64,000 nt of DNA from an uncultured bacterium (GTDB lineage: Bacteria > Oederibacteriota > PGYV01 > CAWJRG01), in contig CAWJRG010000010.1 in the NCBI GenBank assembly GCA_963845185.1, forward strand, positions 576,001-640,000, given 5' to 3'. Below the pieces are notes generated by a model, which saw only the letters and a program-made list of their open reading frames with translations, was not told the origin of the DNA and searched no databases. The position numbers and the translations under genes are program-made. Shown piece by piece: positions 49,428 to 58,874 of the stretch (position 1 is its first letter; the number at the start of each line of letters is the position of its first letter).

Positions 49428-49532
49428 TATTTTCTCCATCTCAATATTGATGCGTTATTTAAAATAAGTTTACTTTTAATTAATGGTTTTTGTATCCCAA
49501 AATTCTCCATATAATTGACTTTTATCTATAGG

Positions 49533-49562
49533 TGTAGAGACGTTTTGCAAAACGTCTCTACA
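49533..49562. repeat. GTAG-type REP palindrome
   Basis: Perfect 30-bp palindrome TGTAGAGACGTTTTGCAAAACGTCTCTACA. Confidence 0.75.
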
Positions 49563-49759
49563 TTTAATTATAATTTTTACCTAATTTTAGATTTGTCCGT
49601 GTGGTATTCATCTATTTTTAACCTTCCAAATAAAAAAGCCCGGAGCTTATTACCACAGGCTTATTTGCTATCTCATACCTGCTCAAGTCCAAGGCTATAA
49701 CCAAGGGCAAGCGGTACTATTTTTCATTTTGAATTCTATCAGTTTGTTACTTATTTATT

Positions 49760-50137
49760 TTACGCTTTGCCCACCATTAAATATATACTGATAAAAGCCG
49801 AGATGGCAGCCAGCACCGACAGCACTGCGTGTGTGATTTTTATCACATGATTCGCCGGCTTATCAAAACTTAATATTGCGCCTGTCGCGAACAGTCCCAG
49901 GAACAATATGGCTGTGACAACTATCGCGGTGATTATTGCACTGTTTACAGGCATGCCTTTGCTCATTCCCTTTATCACAATTACCATTAATACCACGGTT
50001 GCAAGCGCGATAAGTTTATGCACCGTTAATAATGCGGTGTCCAGCGGCTTGTCCATCCTGCTAAGCCATATGCCTGATACAATAGTAAGAATGAATAAAA
50101 TTCCCGTGCTTAAAATCCTGACGTCCATAAGTTTCAT
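49760..50137 (-). CDS. Four-TM membrane protein
   Basis: Four hydrophobic helices, two with His (VHKL, THAV); GGAGGA RBS. Confidence 0.65.
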   Translation of the reverse strand: MKLMDVRILSTGILFILTIVSGIWLSRMDKPLDTALLTVHKLIALATVVLMVIVIKGMSKGMPVNSAIITAIVVTAILFLGLFATGAILSFDKPANHVIKITHAVLSVLAAISAFISIYLMVGKA

Positions 50138-50171
50138 AATCATCCTCCATTTTTTAATAGTATATTCAGGC

Positions 50172-50906
50172 TTACTTTGCTGCTGTACCCGCCGCCACAG
50201 GCTCCTTATCATATCCAAGTGCCTTGCGGATTTCAGCTTTTGATTTTTCAAAGTCAGCCTTGAATTCTCTGCTTTTGAACATGTCAGCCGCGATTAATGT
50301 CGCAGCTATCCTGCCTGCTTCGGCATCGCTGCGGTAATGCACGCCTCCGATAATCCTGTTCACTGCGAATGCCCAGCCGCGGTTGAAAATCTCGGCGCTT
50401 TTTTCCGGCAGCATGTTTGCCAGTATTATGGCCATGAGGTTACCAGCAGCAGAATGCCCGCTCGGGTATGCTGGGTTTACAGGCACCTTGACGCATGGTT
50501 TTACCCTGCTGTCATACACGCTCGGCCTCGGCCTTTTCCAGAAATCTTTTGCCGGGTCTGTTATGTCACGCTCATTGCTGATTAAGTTGTCAAAAAACTC
50601 GGCTGTAAACGGCTGTTTTTCTTTTGTAAAATTTTCTCCAAGTATGTCGCTGAACCTGAAAACAGTAATAGTCTGGTCCGCAATCGCGTAATCGACCATT
50701 TCCTTGGTCCTGTTTTTCTGAAAATCAAGTATTTCCTTTATTTCTTTTTTCGTCTGTATTGAATCCTGCGTAGGCGGCGGTGGCAGAAGCTTTGTCAGGT
50801 CAATGTCAGACGGCGCTATGTAAGTTTTCCCTTTAGCGTACAATACGCCTGCTGCCAGAATTAAGGCAACAGATAAAACCAGCACAATCTTTGAAAATCT
50901 TTTCAT
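50172..50906 (-). CDS. Class A non-specific acid phosphatase (PAP2)
   Basis: K....RPRP, YPSGH, R...GVHY.SD; signal peptide. Confidence 0.9.
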   Translation of the reverse strand: MKRFSKIVLVLSVALILAAGVLYAKGKTYIAPSDIDLTKLLPPPPTQDSIQTKKEIKEILDFQKNRTKEMVDYAIADQTITVFRFSDILGENFTKEKQPFTAEFFDNLISNERDITDPAKDFWKRPRPSVYDSRVKPCVKVPVNPAYPSGHSAAGNLMAIILANMLPEKSAEIFNRGWAFAVNRIIGGVHYRSDAEAGRIAATLIAADMFKSREFKADFEKSKAEIRKALGYDKEPVAAGTAAK

Positions 50907-50993
50907 GTCTATTCCTCCTTTGTTTATTTACTCCGGACTCAGGACAAAATTTATATTATTTCTGTTATAAAAGAGTTAAAAAAATAATAAGTT

Positions 50994-52388
50994 TTAATAA
51001 TTACTAACGCATGAGCAGGCATAAAAGTCCTGGAAATCCCTGCTTGTCAAAGCGCATTCATATACACGGCTTTTTTCTTTAATCAGCGAATACAGCGTGG
51101 GATTGCTTACCGTATAATATAGAAGGTATTTGTCCAGCTTATCGGCATCGACTGTCATGGACACAGTAAGCGAAAAAAGGCTCTCGGGCGTGTAGTCAAA
51201 GTATCTGTATGCGTCGCAAAACGTGTATTCTAAGGCCCATTTTGCCCTGGTTTGGGCGTCTTTTGCGCCGAACCCGGACAGGTAATACACGGCAGTGTCC
51301 TTTATATCCCCGTCATTTTTTATCAGCGCCAGTTCAAATGCCGGGTTGTTGCCGTGAACCGGGCTTATTGACGGGATAATGCATGTCAAAAGCGCAGGCC
51401 TGCCTGACGGTGAAAACACGCGGAAGTCGTCAAAATGGGAGTGCCCTGCAAACATATTTTTTAAAGCCTTAATGTGGGCTTTCAGGATTTTAAAAAATTT
51501 TTTGTTGTACTCGGGCGCAAGGAACCCGTCATCGCCCTTGCAGTTTTTGTCTTTTGCCGCAAGAAATGTGTCTATTCCCGGCGGTATGTGCATGGCAATG
51601 ATTGCCTTTTTCCCGTTTTTCTCATCCGAGGCAAGCTTGCTTGCCAGCCATTTCATCTCAATCTCGCCCGGGTTGTTATTTGCTTTTTTTGCCTGCCTGT
51701 AATTTTTATGCCAGAAAACGTCGTTTAAAACAATAAGCTCGTTGTTTTCCACACCTGGAAAAAGCAATTCGTAATAACCGCCTTTGTAAAAATCCGCAGC
51801 TGCCTGCCTGTCTGCCTTGACAGTATCAAAATAATCCGCCAAATTCTTTAGCATTGGGCCGCCGGGTACTATATTATAGTCTCCGTTATCAGAGTCGTTA
51901 TTGCCCATGACAAAATATATTGGCTTGCCGGGTAAAGCCTGCTTTATCATGTCTGCTATGAATTCTATGGTTTTTATTGCAAAGGACGGGCATGCGCCCG
52001 CTGCCAGGCCTGAAAGCCTGTATTTAGTCTCGAAATTATGGCATAAAAGGTCCCCGCCTATTATGGCAGAGTTGATGTCCGCGGACATTTGGCTTATTTC
52101 ATCTATTGCGGACAATAGCAGCCGGTAGTTTGTGTCTTTCATGTAGGCCGGGAAATCCCCCTGCTTCTGTTTTTCCAGTACTGCGCGCCATCCGCTTATC
52201 GGCGTTTTTTCAAGCTCTTTGGCAGCGCCGTCAACAAAAGGATCGAAATGTATGTCTGACAGGAGCAGAACAACAGTTTCTTTTTCTGTATTATTGGCTG
52301 TATTCCACGGCAGTTCAATGCCTGATGCTTTAAAGCATAAAGCAACAACAAGAATAAAAATCAATATAAATAATTTTATTTTTCTCAT
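50994..52388 (-). CDS. Secreted acid-sphingomyelinase-like metallophosphoesterase
   Basis: SDIHFDP, GD, GNND, HIPPG, GHSH.DDF. Confidence 0.85.
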   Translation of the reverse strand: MRKIKLFILIFILVVALCFKASGIELPWNTANNTEKETVVLLLSDIHFDPFVDGAAKELEKTPISGWRAVLEKQKQGDFPAYMKDTNYRLLLSAIDEISQMSADINSAIIGGDLLCHNFETKYRLSGLAAGACPSFAIKTIEFIADMIKQALPGKPIYFVMGNNDSDNGDYNIVPGGPMLKNLADYFDTVKADRQAAADFYKGGYYELLFPGVENNELIVLNDVFWHKNYRQAKKANNNPGEIEMKWLASKLASDEKNGKKAIIAMHIPPGIDTFLAAKDKNCKGDDGFLAPEYNKKFFKILKAHIKALKNMFAGHSHFDDFRVFSPSGRPALLTCIIPSISPVHGNNPAFELALIKNDGDIKDTAVYYLSGFGAKDAQTRAKWALEYTFCDAYRYFDYTPESLFSLTVSMTVDADKLDKYLLYYTVSNPTLYSLIKEKSRVYECALTSRDFQDFYACSCVSNY

Positions 52389-53089
52389 TTTATTCCTTTC
52401 TTTTTTATACTAAGATAGGTTTTTGCGCCTTTTAAAAATTCATATCCGGTCTTTTCCAGTGAAAAAGCTACACCCGCAAGCTCCCTGTCTTTTTTCAGCA
52501 TATCCACATACCCGCATTTTTCTCCTGCCATGTTGCACGCCGGATATATCCGTATCTCTTTGGAAGTGATACGGATTAGCTCCTTTATTACGTCCCTGTG
52601 AAACCCGTAGGAGAGTTTGTCCTCAAAAAGAAAAAGCAAATGCGACATAAGTGTCATAGTGAACTGCTTATTTTTAAACGGGGATTTTGGAAAATCCGCG
52701 TAAACATAAAGTTTTTTGCCGTATCTTTTATAGTCATCAATGAATAAATCAAGCGCCTTTTGCCTGAATGTCATGAGCCTTTCCGGATTTTTATAATACT
52801 CCCACCTGTATTTGTGCAGCACAGGATCCAGTTCTTTCGTTACTGTGGCAATATCCGCCTCGGATTTTTTGTAAAGCTTCCCCGCCGGAATAGCATAAAT
52901 ATTATCCGAGCCTGTTACGTCCATGCCCTTTGCGCGCGCCTCTGCAGTGAATGAACTTACTCCGCTGCCAGCGTCAAGGATCTTTTCTTTTTGCAGGTTG
53001 ATATTTTTTAGGTTGAACATTTTATCATACTCGTCAAACACCCTGCCTATAAGCATTATTTTTTTCAGGTTTATCTGTTTTTGTTTCAT
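52385..53089 (-). CDS. SAM-dependent methyltransferase-like protein
   Basis: ILDAGSG.SSF, SHLLF, E.RIYP. Confidence 0.75.
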   Translation of the reverse strand: MKQKQINLKKIMLIGRVFDEYDKMFNLKNINLQKEKILDAGSGVSSFTAEARAKGMDVTGSDNIYAIPAGKLYKKSEADIATVTKELDPVLHKYRWEYYKNPERLMTFRQKALDLFIDDYKRYGKKLYVYADFPKSPFKNKQFTMTLMSHLLFLFEDKLSYGFHRDVIKELIRITSKEIRIYPACNMAGEKCGYVDMLKKDRELAGVAFSLEKTGYEFLKGAKTYLSIKKKGIK

Positions 53090-53255
53090 GCAGCCTTCCT
53101 GATGCATTATCTTTTTAAATCTTTTACTAGTTTTAAGGAAAATAATACAGGCTCCTACTTATTTTACCGCCAGAAATACGCCGAATTTTAAATAAAACCA
53201 TATCATCGAGTATTTTTTAAAGCCTGCTTTTTTGAGAACCGACGATTACTCCTTG

Positions 53256-53633
53256 TTATGTATTTATTTTATAATACTTTTTATCGTGGACGCAGAGAAT
53301 TCCTTTTTTGGAAACCCACTTCTTATTTTCTTTTTCTATGAATTTTTTTATCCCTTTCTCCTTGATATACACCAGGTTTTCAATCTCGCTCATGCCATAG
53401 CGCGTCCGGTACCTTTTATCCAGCCGCTGTAACCTGTCGCACGGGAATTCAACACAGCTAAAGCAGAATTTTCCTTTGCGTTTTGTGCAGATCCGCAGCC
53501 TGCAATGTTCGCGGGATTTAGGCCGGTTTTGCCCGGCGTAAGTGCAGCCATGGCAGGGGTTGTTTTCCCGTAAATGTGCCCTGCATATATTGCAGTTCAT
53601 CCCGCATGGTGCAATAAGGTCTTTTCGTTCCAT
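53256..53633 (-). CDS. DUF3795-like Cys-rich protein
   Basis: IAPCGMNC..C, C.GC, C...C, C..C.EFPC. Confidence 0.78.
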   Translation of the reverse strand: MERKDLIAPCGMNCNICRAHLRENNPCHGCTYAGQNRPKSREHCRLRICTKRKGKFCFSCVEFPCDRLQRLDKRYRTRYGMSEIENLVYIKEKGIKKFIEKENKKWVSKKGILCVHDKKYYKINT

Positions 53634-53881
53634 GATTCCTCCTGAATAAAATATTTTAGGATACATAGGATACAATTGAGAAAAGCATATATAAATTTAT
53701 TTTATGGGTGAAGTAGCGGCTATACGTAAATCACAACTTTAACTATTGTTACGACGATCTTGCTGCTACTTCACCCTTTCCTAAGTCCTCTTCCATCGAG
53801 GGAGAGGGAGCCCACCAACTTTGTTGATAGGCAACGAGTAAAACCATAAACTAATCCTGCCACAATCATTTATATATAATA

Positions 53882-55384
53882 TTATTCCTCTTTCTTTTGG
53901 TAATCAAACCAGTCAAAGTCAGCCGGGTTTTGGCACGGCTTGCCGTTTCCGCTCGCGTACATCGCCAGATACACTCCTGTAAATCCGCCTGCCACTTCTG
54001 TCGAGAGATAACGCGTTTCGCCCTCACCCAAAAGTTTCAGGTCGTTTTCGGATGGACCGTAAGAGAACATGTATTTATTGCGGTCCGCCTCTATGGAGAG
54101 CACCCAGTTCAAAGCCTGTGGAAGGACATGGCACGCCACCTCTGCCTGGAGGCTGCCTATCCGCCTCCGCAGCACAACGCTTTCCTGCCCGTTGCGCATG
54201 GTTACGAAGATTTCATAATGATGCTTCTCGTTCATACGCACTGTTATCCCTGCTTCCTCGTTATCTGTTTTCGGCTGGAACTCCAGGCACGCCATTGCTT
54301 TCAGCGCGAAATGGCATTGCCGCCTGCCCACCCATGCAGGCGACGCAACATCGTCGAGCCCGTCCTTTGACCCGTGCATACGCAAATATCCCGGCCGCTC
54401 GTCGAGAGAATAAAGCGCTGGTTCCGGGTTGCGCAGGAAATTCCAGCAAAGGGCAAACCTTATTGAATCGAAATCGTCGCGCATTGACGAGTCAGTCTCC
54501 GGCTCAAGCGCTAAGCCCGTTTTCATTTCCAGCGCCACATGCCCATGGTCGCCAATCATTGGAAAGCCGTCTTCCAGCCATGCGACAGGGCTCAGGAATG
54601 TCTCGCGGCCAAGGTGATAACATGGCGGGTAGCCATTGGGACGGACGCCGAGAAAGACCGCGAACCAGATATTGTTTATTTCAACCAGGTCTGCATGCCC
54701 GGTTGCCTGGATTGGGCTGTTAAAACTCCTGTGGCTGAGGATTGGATTGCGGCCGCATGATACAAATGGCCCCCACGGGCTTTTTGCGCGTGCCACTACT
54801 GCCATGTGCCCGTACTCAGTGCCTCCCTCGGCCATAAGCAGATAGTACCAGTCGTCTTTGTGATACAAGTGCGGAGCTTCAGCATACTGCCCGCCTGTGC
54901 CTGTCCACACGACTTTCGGTTCAGACAGAAGCTTGCCGCTTTTGACATCAATGCGGCTTTGCAGCGCCCCGCCGCTTGAGGTAGTATATAGGACGCTCCC
55001 GTCTTTGTCGAAAAACAGAGACGGGTCAATGCCCTGCTGCTTTATTGGGATGGGCTCTGACCACGGCCCTTCCGGTGCCTGGCTGGTAACTATGAAGTTT
55101 CCGCCGGATGATACATTTGTTGTTGTCATGTAAAAGGTTCTGTTATTGTGGCGCAGCGTCGGCGCGTAAATGCCGGCTGAGGCGCCTGCACCTGTGAGTG
55201 GCAGCTGGCTTTGCCGGTCCAGGCAATGTCCGACTTGGCGCCAGTGTACAAGATCGCGGCTGTGAAAGATTGGTACGCCGGGAAAATATTCGAAACTGCT
55301 TGTAACCAGATAGAAATCGCTGTCGACCCGGCAGACGCTCGGATCCGGATAAAAACCAGGCAATACGGGATTTCGGTATTTCAT
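53882..55384 (-). CDS. GH43 beta-xylosidase/alpha-L-arabinofuranosidase
   Basis: NPVLPGFYPDPS, SSFEYFPG, IDPSLF, EAPH, LGRET; C-terminal beta-sandwich. Confidence 0.92.
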   Translation of the reverse strand: MKYRNPVLPGFYPDPSVCRVDSDFYLVTSSFEYFPGVPIFHSRDLVHWRQVGHCLDRQSQLPLTGAGASAGIYAPTLRHNNRTFYMTTTNVSSGGNFIVTSQAPEGPWSEPIPIKQQGIDPSLFFDKDGSVLYTTSSGGALQSRIDVKSGKLLSEPKVVWTGTGGQYAEAPHLYHKDDWYYLLMAEGGTEYGHMAVVARAKSPWGPFVSCGRNPILSHRSFNSPIQATGHADLVEINNIWFAVFLGVRPNGYPPCYHLGRETFLSPVAWLEDGFPMIGDHGHVALEMKTGLALEPETDSSMRDDFDSIRFALCWNFLRNPEPALYSLDERPGYLRMHGSKDGLDDVASPAWVGRRQCHFALKAMACLEFQPKTDNEEAGITVRMNEKHHYEIFVTMRNGQESVVLRRRIGSLQAEVACHVLPQALNWVLSIEADRNKYMFSYGPSENDLKLLGEGETRYLSTEVAGGFTGVYLAMYASGNGKPCQNPADFDWFDYQKKEE

Positions 55385-55497
55385 ATGCGCTCCTTAAAGT
55401 CAAAGGTTGGAACTCAATTATTGATATTTTATCAGATAATGTAGGAAAATCAAGGTAATGAAATAAACAGGGTGTGGGATACCTCAAGGTTTGGACA

Positions 55498-55529
55498 CCC
55501 CCCCTTAACAAGGGGGCTTAAGGGGATTT
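55498..55529. repeat. REP-like hairpin related to 11668-11736
   Basis: CCCCCTT-AAC-AAGGGGG-CTTAAGGGGATTT. Confidence 0.55.
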
Positions 55530-55547
55530 GCTGTATAGGAGCCCTTG

Positions 55548-56612
55548 TTATTTGACGCTTTTCAAAAGTCCTATCTTATACGGCAGCAAATGATACTCTA
55601 AACCATTGCTCGCAGGATCCCTGCCCTGGAAAAGCATCTGCAGATTATCCGGGTCTATTGTCAAAGTCTCATCATAACCATCGCGTATAAGCTCTCCGTG
55701 GCTTATGTCCTTTGTCCATGGATTTACGCCCTGCTCAAACGTCACATTGTTGATTCCGGCAAAAGGCTCTTCCCATGTGGTTGCCTGCTCTTTCCATTCG
55801 CCGTCAAGCGAGTCCGCAACAAAGCTCCTGTAATACCTGTCCCAGGAATCGCCGTTTGCCGCCTCTATTATGGTCAAATACTTGTCCTGTCCCTTTATGT
55901 GATAAGTGCAGCTGCCCTCATAGAACATGCGTTTGTCGCTGTTATGCAGTACTGCAACCGCATCGCTCATATTATTCGGGAAGTCCTCTATCTTTGTCCT
56001 GCAGCGGTAAAAATGGCCGTTGTCGCCTGAAAAGAAAAGATAGGCGTATTTGCTGTCGCATATGACCCAGAAATCAAGCCATTCGGGCCCCCACTGACCT
56101 TTTTCCAGCCCGGAAGGCGCTGTCTTGAAAAAATCCTGCGGCTTTGTCCAGCCGCCGGGGTTGTCTATGTTGTCGTTTGTCGAGTATTGGGGCTGGCCCG
56201 ACTGGAATATCATGTACCATTTCTTCTGCGGGGTAAAATAAAAAACTTCGGGCGCGCAGTGGTATCCCTGCAAATTCGGGTTGTTGTCCTTTGAATATGC
56301 CTTTGCTTTTTTAACGTCTTTCCAGTCCTTGAAGCTTATGAACTGCATGCTCCATGCGCCTGCCTTATCGCATGTTGTATAAAACACATACCATTTGCCG
56401 TTGTAAAATACCACTGACGGGTCCTTTGCAGATACTATTTCGCGGCCTTTTTCAGGCTGTGGCAATATGACAGGCTCGCCTGTAGTCCATTGGAACCTTG
56501 TATTTTCATCAAATCCCTTTATCACCGGTGCACCGCCTTTTTCCGTAGTTGCTGATACGCATGACAGCATCAGAAAAATTAATATGATTATTACATATAA
56601 TTTTTTCAACAT
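55548..56612 (-). CDS. GH62 alpha-L-arabinofuranosidase (exported)
   Basis: KDPSVV.YNGKW, AP..FYF.P.K.WY, WLDFWVICD, WT.DISHGE.IR. Confidence 0.88.
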   Translation of the reverse strand: MLKKLYVIIILIFLMLSCVSATTEKGGAPVIKGFDENTRFQWTTGEPVILPQPEKGREIVSAKDPSVVFYNGKWYVFYTTCDKAGAWSMQFISFKDWKDVKKAKAYSKDNNPNLQGYHCAPEVFYFTPQKKWYMIFQSGQPQYSTNDNIDNPGGWTKPQDFFKTAPSGLEKGQWGPEWLDFWVICDSKYAYLFFSGDNGHFYRCRTKIEDFPNNMSDAVAVLHNSDKRMFYEGSCTYHIKGQDKYLTIIEAANGDSWDRYYRSFVADSLDGEWKEQATTWEEPFAGINNVTFEQGVNPWTKDISHGELIRDGYDETLTIDPDNLQMLFQGRDPASNGLEYHLLPYKIGLLKSVK

Positions 56613-56631
56613 ATTGAACCTCCTGTTTTTT

Positions 56632-57174
56632 TTACAGCGTTTTTATCCAGTCCTTGCTTGTCAATACTTCAGCCTGCCTCGGGAATATTTTTTCTGTCAA
56701 AACCCTGTGCACTTCAGGGTCCGCATCGCTGCACAAATCCGACAGGATGGTGAGCTGTAAATCCTTGTCTGCCGCTTCCCTTGTAGTTGACAATACCACA
56801 CCGCTGGTGGCTATGCCGCAAAGTACAAGGTACCGGATGTCCATGGAACGCAGCACCACCTCAAGGTCGCTCCCGCTGAACGCGCTGACCCGCCGTTTTG
56901 TAACAACGACATCGCCGGCAATTGGCTCTATGGCAGGAGCTGGGTCGACCATATTGCCAAGCGGCGACTCCTTTATCCTGCTAAAGCTCTTGTTCTGCGG
57001 ATTTATTTCCGGGAAACCCGGCCTGAACCCAACCACAACATAGATGACAGGCACCTGCTTGCTGTGCGCCGCGTCTATCGCGGGCCTTAATTTTGCCAGA
57101 TACTCGTCTTTTTTCTCCAGCCTGCTTAATGTCCCAGGCTGTACATCCATAACCAGTAACGCGCTTTTACTCAT
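56632..57174 (-). CDS. Isochorismatase-family hydrolase
   Basis: ALLVMDVQ, K.R.SAF, GIATSGVVLST. Confidence 0.88.
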   Translation of the reverse strand: MSKSALLVMDVQPGTLSRLEKKDEYLAKLRPAIDAAHSKQVPVIYVVVGFRPGFPEINPQNKSFSRIKESPLGNMVDPAPAIEPIAGDVVVTKRRVSAFSGSDLEVVLRSMDIRYLVLCGIATSGVVLSTTREAADKDLQLTILSDLCSDADPEVHRVLTEKIFPRQAEVLTSKDWIKTL

Positions 57175-57521
57175 GTTTTGCCTCCTTGGTATCGTTTGTT
57201 TTACCAAGCCGTCAACAGGCGCCGGTAAAACATTACGAGACCAAGCACCCGGTCAAGTCCGAGACTTTTAAGTCGAGGACGAGAGGTGCCAGTATGTTTT
57301 TGTTGTAGGGGTAATTCACGAATTACCTAGTCGTTGTTATTTCTTCAGTTTTGGGCAGTTAAATAGTCCTGTGGACTATTTAACGGGTAGTTTCCATAAA
57401 TCATCATATTAATAACTACCCTGAATATTACGCTATCATGTACCCGCTTAAGTCCTCGGCTACAGCCGAGGACAAGCTTTAATATATACTATTCTATTTT
57501 GTATTTGGCATTTATAGGGCT

Positions 57522-58226
57522 TCAATTTCCTGTTTCATAGGAATTTACTGAATTGCATTGCCATGTTACTGTACCATCCGTTGTGCTGACTGTGCAGATT
57601 GCTTCATTCATTATCACCGCAGAACAAATACCCCAATCGACCGACGGTTGATAATAATAATATTTAATATCGGATGTATATGCGCCCGCAGTTTGTGTGA
57701 CATCAGAGCTGTATATATCTTTTACCTCACCCGGATAAGAGACGGGGCCGTAGCCGCTGCAGTTCTCGTTAAGCAGCCAGTATTCCGCGAATTCCTTGAC
57801 TGCTGCTGTTGATGTTACAGATTGCAAAACCCTTGTTGAGGGATCATAATAACTACAATTATAAACTCTTTGTTGAAAAACCGGATTTGCGTTCCAGTCG
57901 CGTTCGTAATACATGCTTGTTGCGCGCTCGGAATATGAGGTATAACCCCAGGCATTAACCGTATTTGAATAATCAAAAATAGCGTCTGCCTGGACCGTTG
58001 TGCTCGCGCATACAAAAGAATAATAATAACAGGTAGATACAGGCGGTGTTGTATCTATATAAAATCCGGCCGGATACAAAAAATTACCGCTTTGCGCGTT
58101 CGAAATAAGGGTATTTGCTTCGGGTGCAATGGATCTTTTGCAATTATTGTTGTTCTTCCTGCAGCTCCAGCAACCGCTGCTGAATATCATAGCTAAAGCT
58201 GCAAGTATGATTAATAGTTTTTTCAT
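57522..58226 (-). CDS. Hypothetical lipoprotein (Tyr/Ser/Thr/Cys-rich)
   Basis: MKK + hydrophobic stretch + SSGC; AGGAGG RBS. Confidence 0.65.
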   Translation of the reverse strand: MKKLLIILAALAMIFSSGCWSCRKNNNNCKRSIAPEANTLISNAQSGNFLYPAGFYIDTTPPVSTCYYYSFVCASTTVQADAIFDYSNTVNAWGYTSYSERATSMYYERDWNANPVFQQRVYNCSYYDPSTRVLQSVTSTAAVKEFAEYWLLNENCSGYGPVSYPGEVKDIYSSDVTQTAGAYTSDIKYYYYQPSVDWGICSAVIMNEAICTVSTTDGTVTWQCNSVNSYETGN

Positions 58227-58256
58227 GACCGCCTCCTTTTCCTTTAGTTTTATATA

Positions 58257-58285
58257 ATTATATCCCTTATTGACAGCCCTGTCAA
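58257..58285 (-). promoter_or_regulatory. Consensus sigma70 promoter with palindrome over the -35
   Basis: TTGACA-17bp-TATAAT; TTGACAG-CC-CTGTCAA at 58270-58285. Confidence 0.75.
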
Positions 58286-58316
58286 ATTCCTTTCCGTATA
58301 AAAGGCCTTAAGGGGG

Positions 58317-58345
58317 TTGCCTAAATGCCGGCTGTTGGCTATAAT
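58317..58345 (+). promoter_or_regulatory. Promoter for a probably leaderless transcript
   Basis: TTGCCT-17bp-TATAAT ending 6 nt before ATG 58352. Confidence 0.6.
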
Positions 58346-58351
58346 AAACAC

Positions 58352-58837
58352 ATGGATTCCAAAACTGTTATAGAACTATATAAGTCGCTGGAAAACATCG
58401 GCATTCAGATATGGATTGACGGCGGCTGGGGTGTCGATGCCCTTTTGGGCAGGCAGACACGCCCGCATAAGGACCTGGACATAGCTGTCCAGTGGAAAGA
58501 TGTTCCTCTGCTCCGTGAATTCATGGAGGCTAAAGATTACAAACAAATCAAAGAAGACAACAAATGGAACTTTGTACTGGCCGATACTGGCGGCAATGAG
58601 CTTGATGTACATGCCTTTGTTTATGATGACAAGGGCAATGTGGTAGACGGAATCATGTATCCTGCCGAATCCCTCACAGGCACTGGCTCTATAGATGGCC
58701 AGGTTGTAAAATGCATCTCTTCCCAATATATGGTTGAGTTCCTGACTCCGTGGATGAGCAAATATCCGGAAAAATACAAACAGGCTGTTTTTGATTTGTG
58801 CAAGAAATTTAACATACCCGTTCCCGGTTGGAATTAA
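58352..58837 (+). CDS. Lincosamide/aminoglycoside nucleotidyltransferase-like protein (Lnu(A)/ANT(2'') fold)
   Basis: W.DGGWGVDAL.G.QTR.H.DLD, ELDVH, G.I.G..V.CIS. Confidence 0.82.
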   Translation: MDSKTVIELYKSLENIGIQIWIDGGWGVDALLGRQTRPHKDLDIAVQWKDVPLLREFMEAKDYKQIKEDNKWNFVLADTGGNELDVHAFVYDDKGNVVDGIMYPAESLTGTGSIDGQVVKCISSQYMVEFLTPWMSKYPEKYKQAVFDLCKKFNIPVPGWN

Positions 58838-58874
58838 AGGCAGAATTCGGCATCTTTCCTTTCTTCATGCAATA

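Noticed and set aside
49630..49662. 14-nt match (AAAGCCCGGAGCTT) to the terminator at 41436
   Set aside because: Most simply a related weak terminator; too short to call a repeat family.
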